From NCBI GenBank assembly GCA_036339735.1, contig JAYZAL010000036.1, positions 1-64,000 of the forward strand: a stretch of 64,000 nucleotides of DNA. Direction: 5' to 3'. The first letter of the stretch is position 1. Each line of letters opens with the position of its first letter. The position numbers and the translations under genes were made by a program. Origin of the DNA: Candidatus Poribacteria bacterium (lineage in GTDB: Bacteria; Poribacteria; WGA-4E; UBA9662). Below, in pieces: positions 10,485 through 19,895 of the stretch. The notes below the pieces were generated by a model. That model did no database searches. It had not been told where the DNA came from and was given only the letters and a program-made list of their open reading frames with translations.

Positions 10485-10751
10485 CTATTCTTTATCGGAC
10501 TTACCGTCTAGGCTTTTGGCAGCTAATCGAACGGCTTCCCGCATGCTGACCAAACGAACATCCAGAGACGCTTCCAACTGCTGTAAGTGTAGTAGCCACG
10601 AATTTTTTGAATCACCGTCTGTCTTCCCGAAGCTATCGGAAACCGACAAACGAATATATTTCAATCGTTCTTGTTGTAGAACCTTGAGTTGCTTGTCGTA
10701 TTCATCAATACCTGCCTGCAATAGGGACGACAATTCGCGTATCTTTTCCAT
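10485..10751 (-). CDS. Small helical/coiled-coil hypothetical protein (88 aa)
   Basis: ATG 10751 (MEKIREL...) preceded by GGAG. Amphipathic helical sequence. Confidence 0.65.
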   Translation of the reverse strand: MEKIRELSSLLQAGIDEYDKQLKVLQQERLKYIRLSVSDSFGKTDGDSKNSWLLHLQQLEASLDVRLVSMREAVRLAAKSLDGKSDKE

Positions 10752-10877
10752 TTTGACTCCATTGAGAAAGGGGGCGGACAACAAACCGCGGACTTCAACG
10801 AGTAACTACGTAGGGATCGGAACCGAATGCACTAAGTTTCAACCGAATTGGGCAAGTGGAATGGAACAATGGAAAAA

Positions 10878-10953
<76 letters not shown>

Positions 10954-10992
10954 AACCGTAGGTAACCGACGGAAATCACATCCGCCGCCGTT

Positions 10993-11022
10993 AAACTACC
11001 ATAAATAAAATAGAAGGTGCAA
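10993..11022 (-). promoter_or_regulatory. Putative tRNA-Ala promoter
   Basis: TTGCAC-N18-TAGTTT with TGn, overlapping the tsaB SD region on the opposite strand. Confidence 0.45.
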
Positions 11023-11033
11023 GAGAAATTAAT

Positions 11034-11723
11034 ATGAAAATACTTGGTATTGACACTTCAACTGCAATTGGTAGCATTGGTTTGATCGATGAGGGGGGAA
11101 TTATTGCTGAACAAACATTAAGCATTAGTCGACAACATGCATCAAGGCTAATTCCAGCAATTGACAAAACCTTAAAATCAGCTGAATTAAAAATTCGAGA
11201 TATTGATGCGGTCGCCGTAGCGATTGGACCTGGATCTTTTACCGGAGTTCGAATTGCCGTCAGTACAGCCAAGACCATTTGCTATGCCATTAAAAGACCA
11301 ATTATTAGTATTTCGACCTTAGAATCTATCGCATATAACTTAGCCTATGTCCCGAGTAAAATTTGTGTAATTTTGGATGCCAGAAAAAATGAAGTTTACA
11401 GCGCTATTTTTGAGAATGGGGTCCGTCAAAGCGATGATAGGTGCCTAACCATATCAGCAATCCTTAGCGAGATTACTCCTCCCACCATATTTGTGGGCGA
11501 CGGGTTGAAGCAACATGCAACTGAAATCAAATCCCATTTCAAATTGGATTCGACCGATTCGATTTGTTTAGCAGATTCAACATTTGGATTGTCTAGAGGA
11601 ACAAGCGTGGCCAGATTAGGTCTAAATAGGTTGACGAATTCAAGTGTTGATGATCCTTTCGATATTAAACCTAACTACATCCGCGCCGGAGTTTCACCAC
11701 CCAAACTACCTATTAAAAAATGA
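11034..11723 (+). CDS. tsaB: tRNA t6A biosynthesis protein TsaB
   Basis: ILGIDTST, GPGSFTGVRI, LDARKNEVY, PNYIR. Confidence 0.95.
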   Translation: MKILGIDTSTAIGSIGLIDEGGIIAEQTLSISRQHASRLIPAIDKTLKSAELKIRDIDAVAVAIGPGSFTGVRIAVSTAKTICYAIKRPIISISTLESIAYNLAYVPSKICVILDARKNEVYSAIFENGVRQSDDRCLTISAILSEITPPTIFVGDGLKQHATEIKSHFKLDSTDSICLADSTFGLSRGTSVARLGLNRLTNSSVDDPFDIKPNYIRAGVSPPKLPIKK

Positions 11724-13198
11724 AGACAAATCGAAAAAGCGAAGTGCTGAGAAATGCATCAGCTCTCTTCTCTGCCCATTTGATTGGGCGGTTACTATCA
11801 TTAATTTTGACAGTTTTCATTTTGCCTCAAAAACCGAATGTCATCACTGAGTCAGACATCGGCTGCTACTTTTTAGCTGTTTTTATTGCAGGTTTAGTTG
11901 CAAGTATTGCTGAACTAGGTTTGCAGGGGCCACTGATTAGGGAAATTACTCTAAATAAAAATTTAGCTCAAGATTACATCGGGAATGCACTGATAATCCG
12001 TCTTCTGCTTTCAATTCTTGCTTTTGGATTTATCATATCAGTCAATTATTGGTTGAATTATACAGATCTAACCTTTCGGTTAATTATCTTACTAGGAGCA
12101 GCTGAGCTAATTAATGGATTGGCTCAAATTTATCGTTGTCTATTTCGGGCTTTTGAGCAGATGAAATATGAATCAGTAACAGTGATTGCGGAAAGATTAA
12201 CGGTCGTTTTGGTTGGCGGTGGACTAATTTGGTTTGAAATGGCTGATTTAGGTGAATTTGGATTAATCGTGTTAATCGGCAGCGTTCTTAACTTAATCTT
12301 GAACTTAAGTATTGCCCGTCTTCGATTTGTAAATTTTATGTTTCGCTTAAATTGGAAACTCTGGAAAACTCTGATGAAACAAGCTTTACCATTTGCTCTA
12401 GGCAACATGTTCAACTTGGTATATTTTCGCTTGGACATGATTTTATTATCAAAACTGATTACAAACACTACGGAAGCACAATCAGCTAACGCATGGTACG
12501 GTTTGGCTTTCACTATTGTCAATGCATTTACAATTCTGCCTGGAGCTTACATGGGAGCTGTTTTTCCTGTGATGTCCAGAGAATTTGAACGTAAAACGGT
12601 ACAGTTTCGCTATGTATATACCGACGCTATCCGTTGGATGGTTCTCCTTGCTTTACCGTTTACCATAGGCTTGGCGTTAGTTTCCGAACAGATCGCGGCT
12701 CAATTTTTTCCCAAATTAGAATGGAGACAGATTGTGCTACCACTCCGTTTATTAAGTATTTCAGGGGGGTTAACTTTCTTGACCACGGTTAATATAACGG
12801 TTCTACGAGCTACTGATCAGCGATTAGCATTCTCGATCCTGATGTTCGTAACACTTAGCACCAATCTTTTATTGAATCTGTCATTTATTCCACAATATCA
12901 ACATGTTGGATCCGCCGTAAGTATGATAGGTAGCGAAAGTATACTTTTTATAATGAGTAGCATCTTCATTCATCGCTCAATATCCAAACTGGAATATATC
13001 AGATTTATATGGAAATCAGTCATCGTTTCAATATTGATGGCTATTGGGTTGTACTTTACTCCTTCTGTTTTGATCTGGATCCGTATTTTTGGTGCTACTA
13101 TGGTTTATTTTGGATTAATGTGGTGCTGGGGAGAGCTGGGTTCTTTAAAAAAAAAAACGGTATATGAAGAAAAAAGCAGAAATAAGTTGGTCAGCTAA
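11720..13198 (+). CDS. Wzx-like polysaccharide flippase (MOP superfamily)
   Basis: About 12-14 hydrophobic segments. ELGL..PLIREI, ALPF...NLVYFRLDMILL, LNL.FIP.Y..VGSA. Confidence 0.85.
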   Translation: MKTNRKSEVLRNASALFSAHLIGRLLSLILTVFILPQKPNVITESDIGCYFLAVFIAGLVASIAELGLQGPLIREITLNKNLAQDYIGNALIIRLLLSILAFGFIISVNYWLNYTDLTFRLIILLGAAELINGLAQIYRCLFRAFEQMKYESVTVIAERLTVVLVGGGLIWFEMADLGEFGLIVLIGSVLNLILNLSIARLRFVNFMFRLNWKLWKTLMKQALPFALGNMFNLVYFRLDMILLSKLITNTTEAQSANAWYGLAFTIVNAFTILPGAYMGAVFPVMSREFERKTVQFRYVYTDAIRWMVLLALPFTIGLALVSEQIAAQFFPKLEWRQIVLPLRLLSISGGLTFLTTVNITVLRATDQRLAFSILMFVTLSTNLLLNLSFIPQYQHVGSAVSMIGSESILFIMSSIFIHRSISKLEYIRFIWKSVIVSILMAIGLYFTPSVLIWIRIFGATMVYFGLMWCWGELGSLKKKTVYEEKSRNKLVS

Positions 13199-13206
13199 GC
13201 TTCCGA

Positions 13207-14001
13207 CTATGGATATTCTCTTCGCTGAAAAGCGAACACCGAGAGACTGAGAAAAAAAATTGAAATCGACAAAATTATTAATACTACTATCCATTTCGAC
13301 ATTGGCTCAGAATCAAACGCTCTTTGATTGAAGGTCCATAGTAGTTTTTTGGAAGAAGAATCACTAGGAAGAACAGCCAATTTCAAATAGTGAATGATAG
13401 AAACTAAGCGGATATTTCCTGATAAGACCAACGTCAGCTTTTCCCAACCAAAAGCAACTAACAATCCCCACAGCACTGAATAACGAAAGCAGACACTTAA
13501 AAAGAGAAAAATACTGCCATAAGCTAGAAGGCCTAAGATGATGACACTTAGATACAGTACCTCCAACCTAAGCCCAGATAAAAATGTTATTTGGGATTTA
13601 GGGTGAGTAGCTATAAAGATGGAAACAAGTAGATGGGAGGTAGCTACTGGTATAGTTGCCCCAACCCAATAGGCCATAAATTTACTCAAGACAATACTCA
13701 TCTTTGAAATAGGTCGCATCAATAAGTAAATAATCGTATTGTTTTCAATTTCATCAGATAAAAGCGTCGTGGACTGAAACAGTGCAACTAAAATGACAAT
13801 GAACATCAGATAGAAAGTAACGGTTGATTCCAACAGTAAAGTGTCAATCACGCTGGCTTTTTGTGGGATAAGACGGACAACAAACATAAAAATAACAGGA
13901 ATAAAGGACAAAAAAGCCAAAACGTATGTTCTACGACTTCTTAGCATCTGCAAAAAAGTTTGTTTGAAAATGACTGGCGAAATCCAAGAAATATTTGACA
14001 T
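13207..14001 (-). CDS. ABC-2 type transporter permease subunit
   Basis: Six TM segments, DEIENNTIIYLLMRPISK...LSKF, C-terminal FQRREY. Confidence 0.8.
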   Translation of the reverse strand: MSNISWISPVIFKQTFLQMLRSRRTYVLAFLSFIPVIFMFVVRLIPQKASVIDTLLLESTVTFYLMFIVILVALFQSTTLLSDEIENNTIIYLLMRPISKMSIVLSKFMAYWVGATIPVATSHLLVSIFIATHPKSQITFLSGLRLEVLYLSVIILGLLAYGSIFLFLSVCFRYSVLWGLLVAFGWEKLTLVLSGNIRLVSIIHYLKLAVLPSDSSSKKLLWTFNQRAFDSEPMSKWIVVLIILSISIFFLSLSVFAFQRREYP

Positions 14002-14015
14002 TATTCCAAAATAAT

Positions 14016-15428
14016 TCAGTTAGTGTAGGGAATGGTTCCTCTCTCATCTACCGTATAACCCCACTGTCGAATGTAGTCCATTCCAGACAGAAAATTGTCT
14101 TTTCGCTTGGCTAGCTTTTGTTCAAGTTTTCGGTTCAACGATTCAGCCAATTGAACCATTTTTTGTGACATTTCTGTAGAAAAAAAGTTATTTTGTTGAT
14201 ATGGGTCATTCAAGTTGTCATACAATAGCCAAGGGCTGTCCAAAGTAACAACATAAGTGTATCTACGAGTTCTTAACCCACGGAATTCTCGTCCAGTTAG
14301 ATGGTTTGGCCCACCATCCAAACCATATCTCCATTGACCAAAAGCATGATAACAAGCTAACAAAGCAGTGCTGTCAGATGGATTCTCAGATTCGGGATTC
14401 CGAAGATACATTGAATAGTCAATTCCTTCAACAGTCTCAGGTATAGGCAGCCCAACTAACCCCAGAAGTGTCGGCATAAAGTCTGGAATATCCATCAATA
14501 CATCAGAAATTTCTCGCCCGACTAATTCACCGTCATTTCTAGAAACCAATTCAGGGTAACGTATCAAACAAGGAATTCGAATTGACTCATCCCAAGGTTT
14601 CTGTTTTTTTATTAGGCCTTGCGAGCCAAGCATATCACCATGATCAGAAGTAAAAATAAAAATTGTGTTTTCAGTTTGGCCTAGTTGATCAATTCGATCC
14701 AATAAGCGACCAAGACAATCATCCAAGGCCGTACAGTGTGCGTAATAACCTGATAAGTCTTGGCGTGCTTGATCAGCTAATGACTCAGGAACATTAGGTC
14801 GAAGCAACACGTCTTCTGGTTTGTACATATCCTGATAGGATTCTGGAGCGGTCTGGTAAGGCGCATGCGGGGGGCCCCAAGACAACATGAGAAAAAACGG
14901 GGTAGTGTCATCATTTTTGGTATTTATATTTTCTGAGATGTAATCGATAGCTGAATTCGTTTGAGCACAAGCATCATAACCATCCCAGTACAATTTTTGG
15001 TCTGAATTGCCATCGTAGTAAGCAGATTGGTTATAGTTGTGTGTGCACTCCAATACTTGCCAGTGATCGAAACCAAGTCTTTGATCTGGTGGAATATAAT
15101 TGCTACGTCCATTTCCATTAACATGCCATTTACCGATGTAAGCGGTTTTATAACCGCCTTGCTTGAAGGCTTGGGCTATGCTCATAGATTGATGGTTCAG
15201 TGGCACATCGTTAACAAAAACACCATGAGACAGTGGGTTTTGGCCTGTCAAAAGAGATGCACGTGCTGGTGAACAAACGGGACAACCCGATACTGCGTGA
15301 GTGAAATTAAGACTCTGTTTAGCCAAACGATCAAGGTTAGGTGTTTGGACTACGGAGTTACCTGCGTAACCAGTGGCCTGTGCCCGCCACTGGTCACCGA
15401 AGACAAAAACAACGTTCGGACGATCCAT
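14016..15428 (-). CDS. Formylglycine-dependent sulfatase
   Basis: RPNVVFVFGDQWR, CSPARASLLTG (CxPxR), GKWH, FTSDHG. No signal peptide. Confidence 0.95.
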   Translation of the reverse strand: MDRPNVVFVFGDQWRAQATGYAGNSVVQTPNLDRLAKQSLNFTHAVSGCPVCSPARASLLTGQNPLSHGVFVNDVPLNHQSMSIAQAFKQGGYKTAYIGKWHVNGNGRSNYIPPDQRLGFDHWQVLECTHNYNQSAYYDGNSDQKLYWDGYDACAQTNSAIDYISENINTKNDDTTPFFLMLSWGPPHAPYQTAPESYQDMYKPEDVLLRPNVPESLADQARQDLSGYYAHCTALDDCLGRLLDRIDQLGQTENTIFIFTSDHGDMLGSQGLIKKQKPWDESIRIPCLIRYPELVSRNDGELVGREISDVLMDIPDFMPTLLGLVGLPIPETVEGIDYSMYLRNPESENPSDSTALLACYHAFGQWRYGLDGGPNHLTGREFRGLRTRRYTYVVTLDSPWLLYDNLNDPYQQNNFFSTEMSQKMVQLAESLNRKLEQKLAKRKDNFLSGMDYIRQWGYTVDERGTIPYTN

Positions 15429-15517
15429 TATTTTTCACCCCAATTTTTTATGCCCATATAAATTAACGCCTGCGTAATACGCGACAAATTACTTTTCCAA
15501 GAAAAACTAGGTTACAC

Positions 15518-15547
15518 TTGACAAAGATTTTGTTTTAAGTGTACGAT
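15518..15547 (+). promoter_or_regulatory. Putative sigma-70 promoter of the small ORF
   Basis: TTGACA-N18-TACGAT. Confidence 0.6.
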
Positions 15548-15583
15548 TTGGACTGGTTTCCGAGGTCCGTGGAAGTACTAAAT

Positions 15584-15823
15584 TTGAGCCTAGAAAAAAT
15601 ACGTTTTAAAGAGGCCATTGAGCATCGCAAGAATGGTCATTTTTGCCGTCACTTTTGGGGGAATATTACCTACTTAGAACTCCTAACAGAGGAGCGACAG
15701 TATCACAAAATCGAGTCTAACGAAATCTACCCTCCCTTTGTTTTAACCGATCAAAGTGATGCCGTTTTATGTACAGCTTGGACCGAAACCTACATTAGTG
15801 GTGAGATATACGGCTGGAATTAG
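15584..15823 (+). CDS. Small protein (79 aa), possibly DUF2829/Tad2-like
   Basis: TTG start after GGAAG, downstream of a promoter. FKEAIEHRKNG..R..W...YLEL and C-terminal SDAVLCTAW resemble the DUF2829 pattern. Confidence 0.5.
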   Translation: MSLEKIRFKEAIEHRKNGHFCRHFWGNITYLELLTEERQYHKIESNEIYPPFVLTDQSDAVLCTAWTETYISGEIYGWN

Positions 15824-15854
15824 GCTAACCTCACCATCCCTTCCGCAATTTTCT

Positions 15855-15884
15855 ATCGTATAGTAAATCTCACAGGTTTGTCAA
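15855..15884 (-). promoter_or_regulatory. Putative convergent (antisense) sigma-70 promoter
   Basis: Minus strand TTGACA-N18-TACGAT pointing back into ORF 15584-15823. Confidence 0.55.
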
Positions 15885-16019
15885 TGGTACTTCCGTAGGT
15901 TTTTGGACAAACACCTAAATGTGATCTTGACAAAGCGTGTCAGTTGCGATACCTTTTAGCTGCATGGCATTTTAAGATTTCAGGCAAGGAAAAGCCAGAA
16001 ACTAGAAAGCAGTAATCTC

Positions 16020-16712
16020 TTGTCAGACTTCAAGTTAGTTGCCAAATTGTGGGCCGAATTTATAGGCTCCATGTTCTTGGTTATGGCATCCATCTCTCCT
16101 GTAATCTTGTTTAACCGAGTACTCGATTCAGGTATTGGAATCTCCGTGTTGGCTGATTCCGTGGGTGTCGCTTGGGTTCTTTTTGCCCTAATCTCCGTCT
16201 TTGGACCAATTAGCGGGGCACATTTCAACCCGGCCGTAAGTTTGAGCTTCGCCTATTCTGGAAGCTTACCATGGAGAAATTTTCCCTATTACGTTTTCGT
16301 TCAGATTGCCGGCGGTGTCACCGGCACATTAGCAACACACTTGATGTTTTACCATCAGGTCGATTCATTGGTAACATTATCCAGGGTTACCAGAAATGGG
16401 GGCTGCTTTCCTGCTGAAGCGTTTGGCACTTTCATCCTGGTTTTCACCATTCAAGCATTAGTTTATCAAAAATCAGATAAAGTCCCGTTGATTGTTAGCC
16501 TGCTGGTGGGTGGGCAGCTGATTTCTACTTCCAGTACCATGTTTGCAAATCCACAGGTAACGATCGCTCGAATGTTCACTTATTCAGCTGCCGGTATCCG
16601 CCCCGTAGACGGATTAGTTTTCATCGTGGTGCAATTTGCTAGTGCCATTGTAGCTACAATAATCTGGCAGTATATGTTCGAAAAAAATAAAATTCTAACT
16701 CCGGATAAATAA
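16020..16712 (+). CDS. MIP/aquaporin family channel
   Basis: AEFIGS, ISGAHFNPAV, second motif FANPQV..AR. Confidence 0.9.
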   Translation: MSDFKLVAKLWAEFIGSMFLVMASISPVILFNRVLDSGIGISVLADSVGVAWVLFALISVFGPISGAHFNPAVSLSFAYSGSLPWRNFPYYVFVQIAGGVTGTLATHLMFYHQVDSLVTLSRVTRNGGCFPAEAFGTFILVFTIQALVYQKSDKVPLIVSLLVGGQLISTSSTMFANPQVTIARMFTYSAAGIRPVDGLVFIVVQFASAIVATIIWQYMFEKNKILTPDK

Positions 16713-16723
16713 AGGAATTTCTT

Positions 16724-17803
16724 ATGTCAAGTGTTGAAATGATGAAAACTCAAGTTTTCTACGAACCGGAACAGATGCTACTAGAAGAGAAACGAATTCC
16801 AATACCAGATGCAGAAGAACTTCTGATCAAAGTCAAATCAGTCGGTATCTGTGGCTCTGATGTAGCTTATTATTACGGGAAAAGTTCATTGGAAACGTCT
16901 GATGGAAGAGGTCCGTTAGTTTTAGGACATGAATTTACTGGTGAGGTAGTAGCAGTAGGAGATCAAGTAGGTGACCGGTTTTCAGTTGGTGATCGGGTCG
17001 TGCCAAATCCTGTGCAGGCTAACCCAAAATCTAAATGGTCTAAGAAAGGTCTACCCAATCTATGCAACGACAAAAAAGTTTTGGGGGTTAGTATTGATGG
17101 TGGCTTCGCAGAATATGCCATATCAGACTGTAACTGGACATACAAAATACCATCACACGTCACCTATGATCAAGGTGCATTGACCGAGCCCTTGGCTTGT
17201 GGCCTTTATGCGATCAATAATCTTAACACAAGCCCCGATCATACAGTTGTTGTATATGGACCAGGACCAATCGGCTTGATGATGGTACAAGTTTTAAAGA
17301 GTAGAAATGTTGAGCAGGTCATTTTGGTTGGTACCCGAGATTATCGGCTTGAAAGAGGCGCTGAACTTGGAGCAGACCACATTATTAACATTGCTGATAG
17401 CACATCTAATCACTATACTGACAATCTAAGCCAAGTTATTCACGAATTAAACTCCGGTGAATTAGCCGATCGGGCAATTTTGGCTACTAGCGCTTTGAAT
17501 GCTATACATTCAGCTTTGGAAATTACAGGTCGTCATTCAACCATCGTCTTATTTGGACTTCCGGGCGATAACGACATAATGAATGTACCAATTTTAGAAA
17601 CTATCTTAATGGATAAAAGCATTCGTTTTTCTTGGCTTGCTCCTAATACCTGGGAGGAAGCTATTCAACTAATCAGCAGTGGTGCAGTAAACATGGATCG
17701 TATTATTAGTCATACCTACCACCTAGATGACCTGATTGATGGAATTTCCAAAGTTCAAGGTCGTGAAGATAATTGCACCAAAGGCCTAATTAAAATCTCA
17801 TAA
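16724..17803 (+). CDS. Zn-dependent medium-chain (polyol/sorbitol-like) dehydrogenase
   Basis: GICGSD, LGHEFTGEV, GPGPIG. Confidence 0.9.
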   Translation: MSSVEMMKTQVFYEPEQMLLEEKRIPIPDAEELLIKVKSVGICGSDVAYYYGKSSLETSDGRGPLVLGHEFTGEVVAVGDQVGDRFSVGDRVVPNPVQANPKSKWSKKGLPNLCNDKKVLGVSIDGGFAEYAISDCNWTYKIPSHVTYDQGALTEPLACGLYAINNLNTSPDHTVVVYGPGPIGLMMVQVLKSRNVEQVILVGTRDYRLERGAELGADHIINIADSTSNHYTDNLSQVIHELNSGELADRAILATSALNAIHSALEITGRHSTIVLFGLPGDNDIMNVPILETILMDKSIRFSWLAPNTWEEAIQLISSGAVNMDRIISHTYHLDDLIDGISKVQGREDNCTKGLIKIS

Positions 17804-17820
17804 TATCGAAGGATTATCGA

Positions 17821-18867
17821 ATGGAAAATAAACTACTGGCCGAATCTGTCTTTCTCAAGGCATGTCGGTGTGAGGATACTGACTATACGCCTATTTGGCT
17901 AATGCGACAGGCTGGCCGGTATATGAAAGAATATCAAGACATACGAAGCAAAGTTCCTTTCTTAGAACTCTGTCGTAGCCCCGAACTTGCAACTGAAGTC
18001 ATGGTTACAGCTGTTGAGCGCTTAGGCGTTGACGCTGCGATCATTTTTTCGGATATTCTGCTCATTTTGCAACCAATGGGATTAGAGCTAGAGTACGTCG
18101 AGGGAGTAGGACCAATCCTGCATAATCCCGTCCGAACACCTGAACAGGCTCAAATGCTGAAAGAAGTGGAACCTAAAGAATCGCTAAGTTATGTTTTTGA
18201 TGTGGTGAAATCTACACGTTCTGCCTTACCATCAGACTTGCCGTTGATTGGATTTTCAGGTGCACCCTTTACAATTGCATCCTACATCATCGAAGGAGGT
18301 GGTTCCAAAAACTATCAACTAACTAAACAATTCATGTATTCCCATCCGGCAGCTTGGAAAGATCTGATGGAACTAATCGTACGAGCCACGGTTAAGTACC
18401 TTAAAGGACAAGTTGAGGCAGGAGCCCAAGCATTACAAGTATTCGATAGTTGGGTTGGATGCCTTTCTCCTACTGATTATCGGGCTTTTGTTTTCCCCTA
18501 TATGACAAGATTATTCGAGCAGCTAGACTCTGATATTCCCCTCATTCACTTTGGCGTAAGTACTGCCACCTTACTTAAACAGCAGAAAGAAGCTGGCGGG
18601 AATGTAATTGGACTTGACTTTCGCGTAGATATAAAGGCCGCGTGGCAGGAACTTGGTCCGATTGCAATTCAAGGAAACTTAGATCCTTGCGTGTTATATG
18701 CTGATAAAGACACAGTCAGGTGCGAAGCTCGGCGAATCCTAGATCAAGTGCAGGGGAAAAATGGTCATATCTTCAATCTAGGCCACGGTATTTTACCAAC
18801 TACACCAGTTGACAATGTTATTGAATTAGTCGATTTTGTTCATGAGTACAGTCAAAAAAGGTCTTAG
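17821..18867 (+). CDS. hemE: Uroporphyrinogen decarboxylase
   Basis: PIWLMRQAGRYM, AAIIFSDIL, QGNLDP, IFNLGHGI. Confidence 0.97.
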   Translation: MENKLLAESVFLKACRCEDTDYTPIWLMRQAGRYMKEYQDIRSKVPFLELCRSPELATEVMVTAVERLGVDAAIIFSDILLILQPMGLELEYVEGVGPILHNPVRTPEQAQMLKEVEPKESLSYVFDVVKSTRSALPSDLPLIGFSGAPFTIASYIIEGGGSKNYQLTKQFMYSHPAAWKDLMELIVRATVKYLKGQVEAGAQALQVFDSWVGCLSPTDYRAFVFPYMTRLFEQLDSDIPLIHFGVSTATLLKQQKEAGGNVIGLDFRVDIKAAWQELGPIAIQGNLDPCVLYADKDTVRCEARRILDQVQGKNGHIFNLGHGILPTTPVDNVIELVDFVHEYSQKRS

Positions 18868-18884
18868 GTGGGTGAGAAATCATA

Positions 18885-19895
18885 ATGAACAATAAATTAA
18901 CCTTTGATTCTGTCTTACTAATTGGGTTTGGTGGCCCGACAGAAGGTTGTTGTAAGCGTAATCATCCGTGTTTAGGTTTGGGGCATGAATCACCAGAAGC
19001 ATTCTGTTTTGTGTCAGAAATCCTAGCACGTCGAATGAAGGGCTCTGGCCAACCGGACCGTAACAGGGTTAATCAAGTCGTAGCACATTATACTGAACTG
19101 GGCGGATTCTCACCTTTTAACCAGTTGACTTCCCTACAAGCTTCTGCTCTGTCCAGTGAAATCGGGTTGCCTGTTTTCACCGGAATGCGAAACTGGAAAC
19201 CTTTTTTATCAGAAACACTATCTGAAATGATAGAAAACGGACATGAAAAAGTATTGGGCATTATTCTGTCCCCCTTTCAATGTTTTACCAGCTGGGAAGA
19301 ATATCAACAGGACGTAGATAAAGCGCTAGGCAAACTATCAACTCCAGATAACCGGGCACTCGATATGTCAATTAGCTACATGTCAGGCTGGTCATCTGAC
19401 TATGGGTATATTTCATCAGTAACGGAACAAATTGTGGCTTCGTGTGCACATTGGTCTAAAGAGCGACTTAATTCAGCTCATTTGATTTTTACGGCCCACT
19501 CCATCCCAGAAGTTGCAGATAAACGTTCTCCATATAGTAAACAATTTGCAGAAACCTCTAGACTAGTTTCTGATCAACTAAGCAAAAATTTTTATCTGGC
19601 CTATCAAAGTTCTCCCGACAACTCCCCAATACCATGGACAGGGCCAGATATTAGCGAGATAATTCCAAAGCTAGACCGTTCAACTTCAACTGATATAATT
19701 GTTATGCCAATTGGCTTCGTTTGTGACCATGTTGAAGTACTATATGACCTCGACCAAGAAGCCAAAGATCTGGCTGAAGATAATGGGTTCCACTTCAAAC
19801 GTGTACCAACAGTTGGAGCTTCCAATAAGTTCATTCAATTTCTAGCTCAAAAATCGTATTCTGAGAATAAGACATATTTCGTAGATGCAGTGTAA
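18885..19895 (+). CDS. hemH: Ferrochelatase
   Basis: GFGGP, GGFSP, GMRNWKP, FTAHSIP, PIGFVCDHVEVLYDLD. Follows hemE. Confidence 0.92.
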   Translation: MNNKLTFDSVLLIGFGGPTEGCCKRNHPCLGLGHESPEAFCFVSEILARRMKGSGQPDRNRVNQVVAHYTELGGFSPFNQLTSLQASALSSEIGLPVFTGMRNWKPFLSETLSEMIENGHEKVLGIILSPFQCFTSWEEYQQDVDKALGKLSTPDNRALDMSISYMSGWSSDYGYISSVTEQIVASCAHWSKERLNSAHLIFTAHSIPEVADKRSPYSKQFAETSRLVSDQLSKNFYLAYQSSPDNSPIPWTGPDISEIIPKLDRSTSTDIIVMPIGFVCDHVEVLYDLDQEAKDLAEDNGFHFKRVPTVGASNKFIQFLAQKSYSENKTYFVDAV

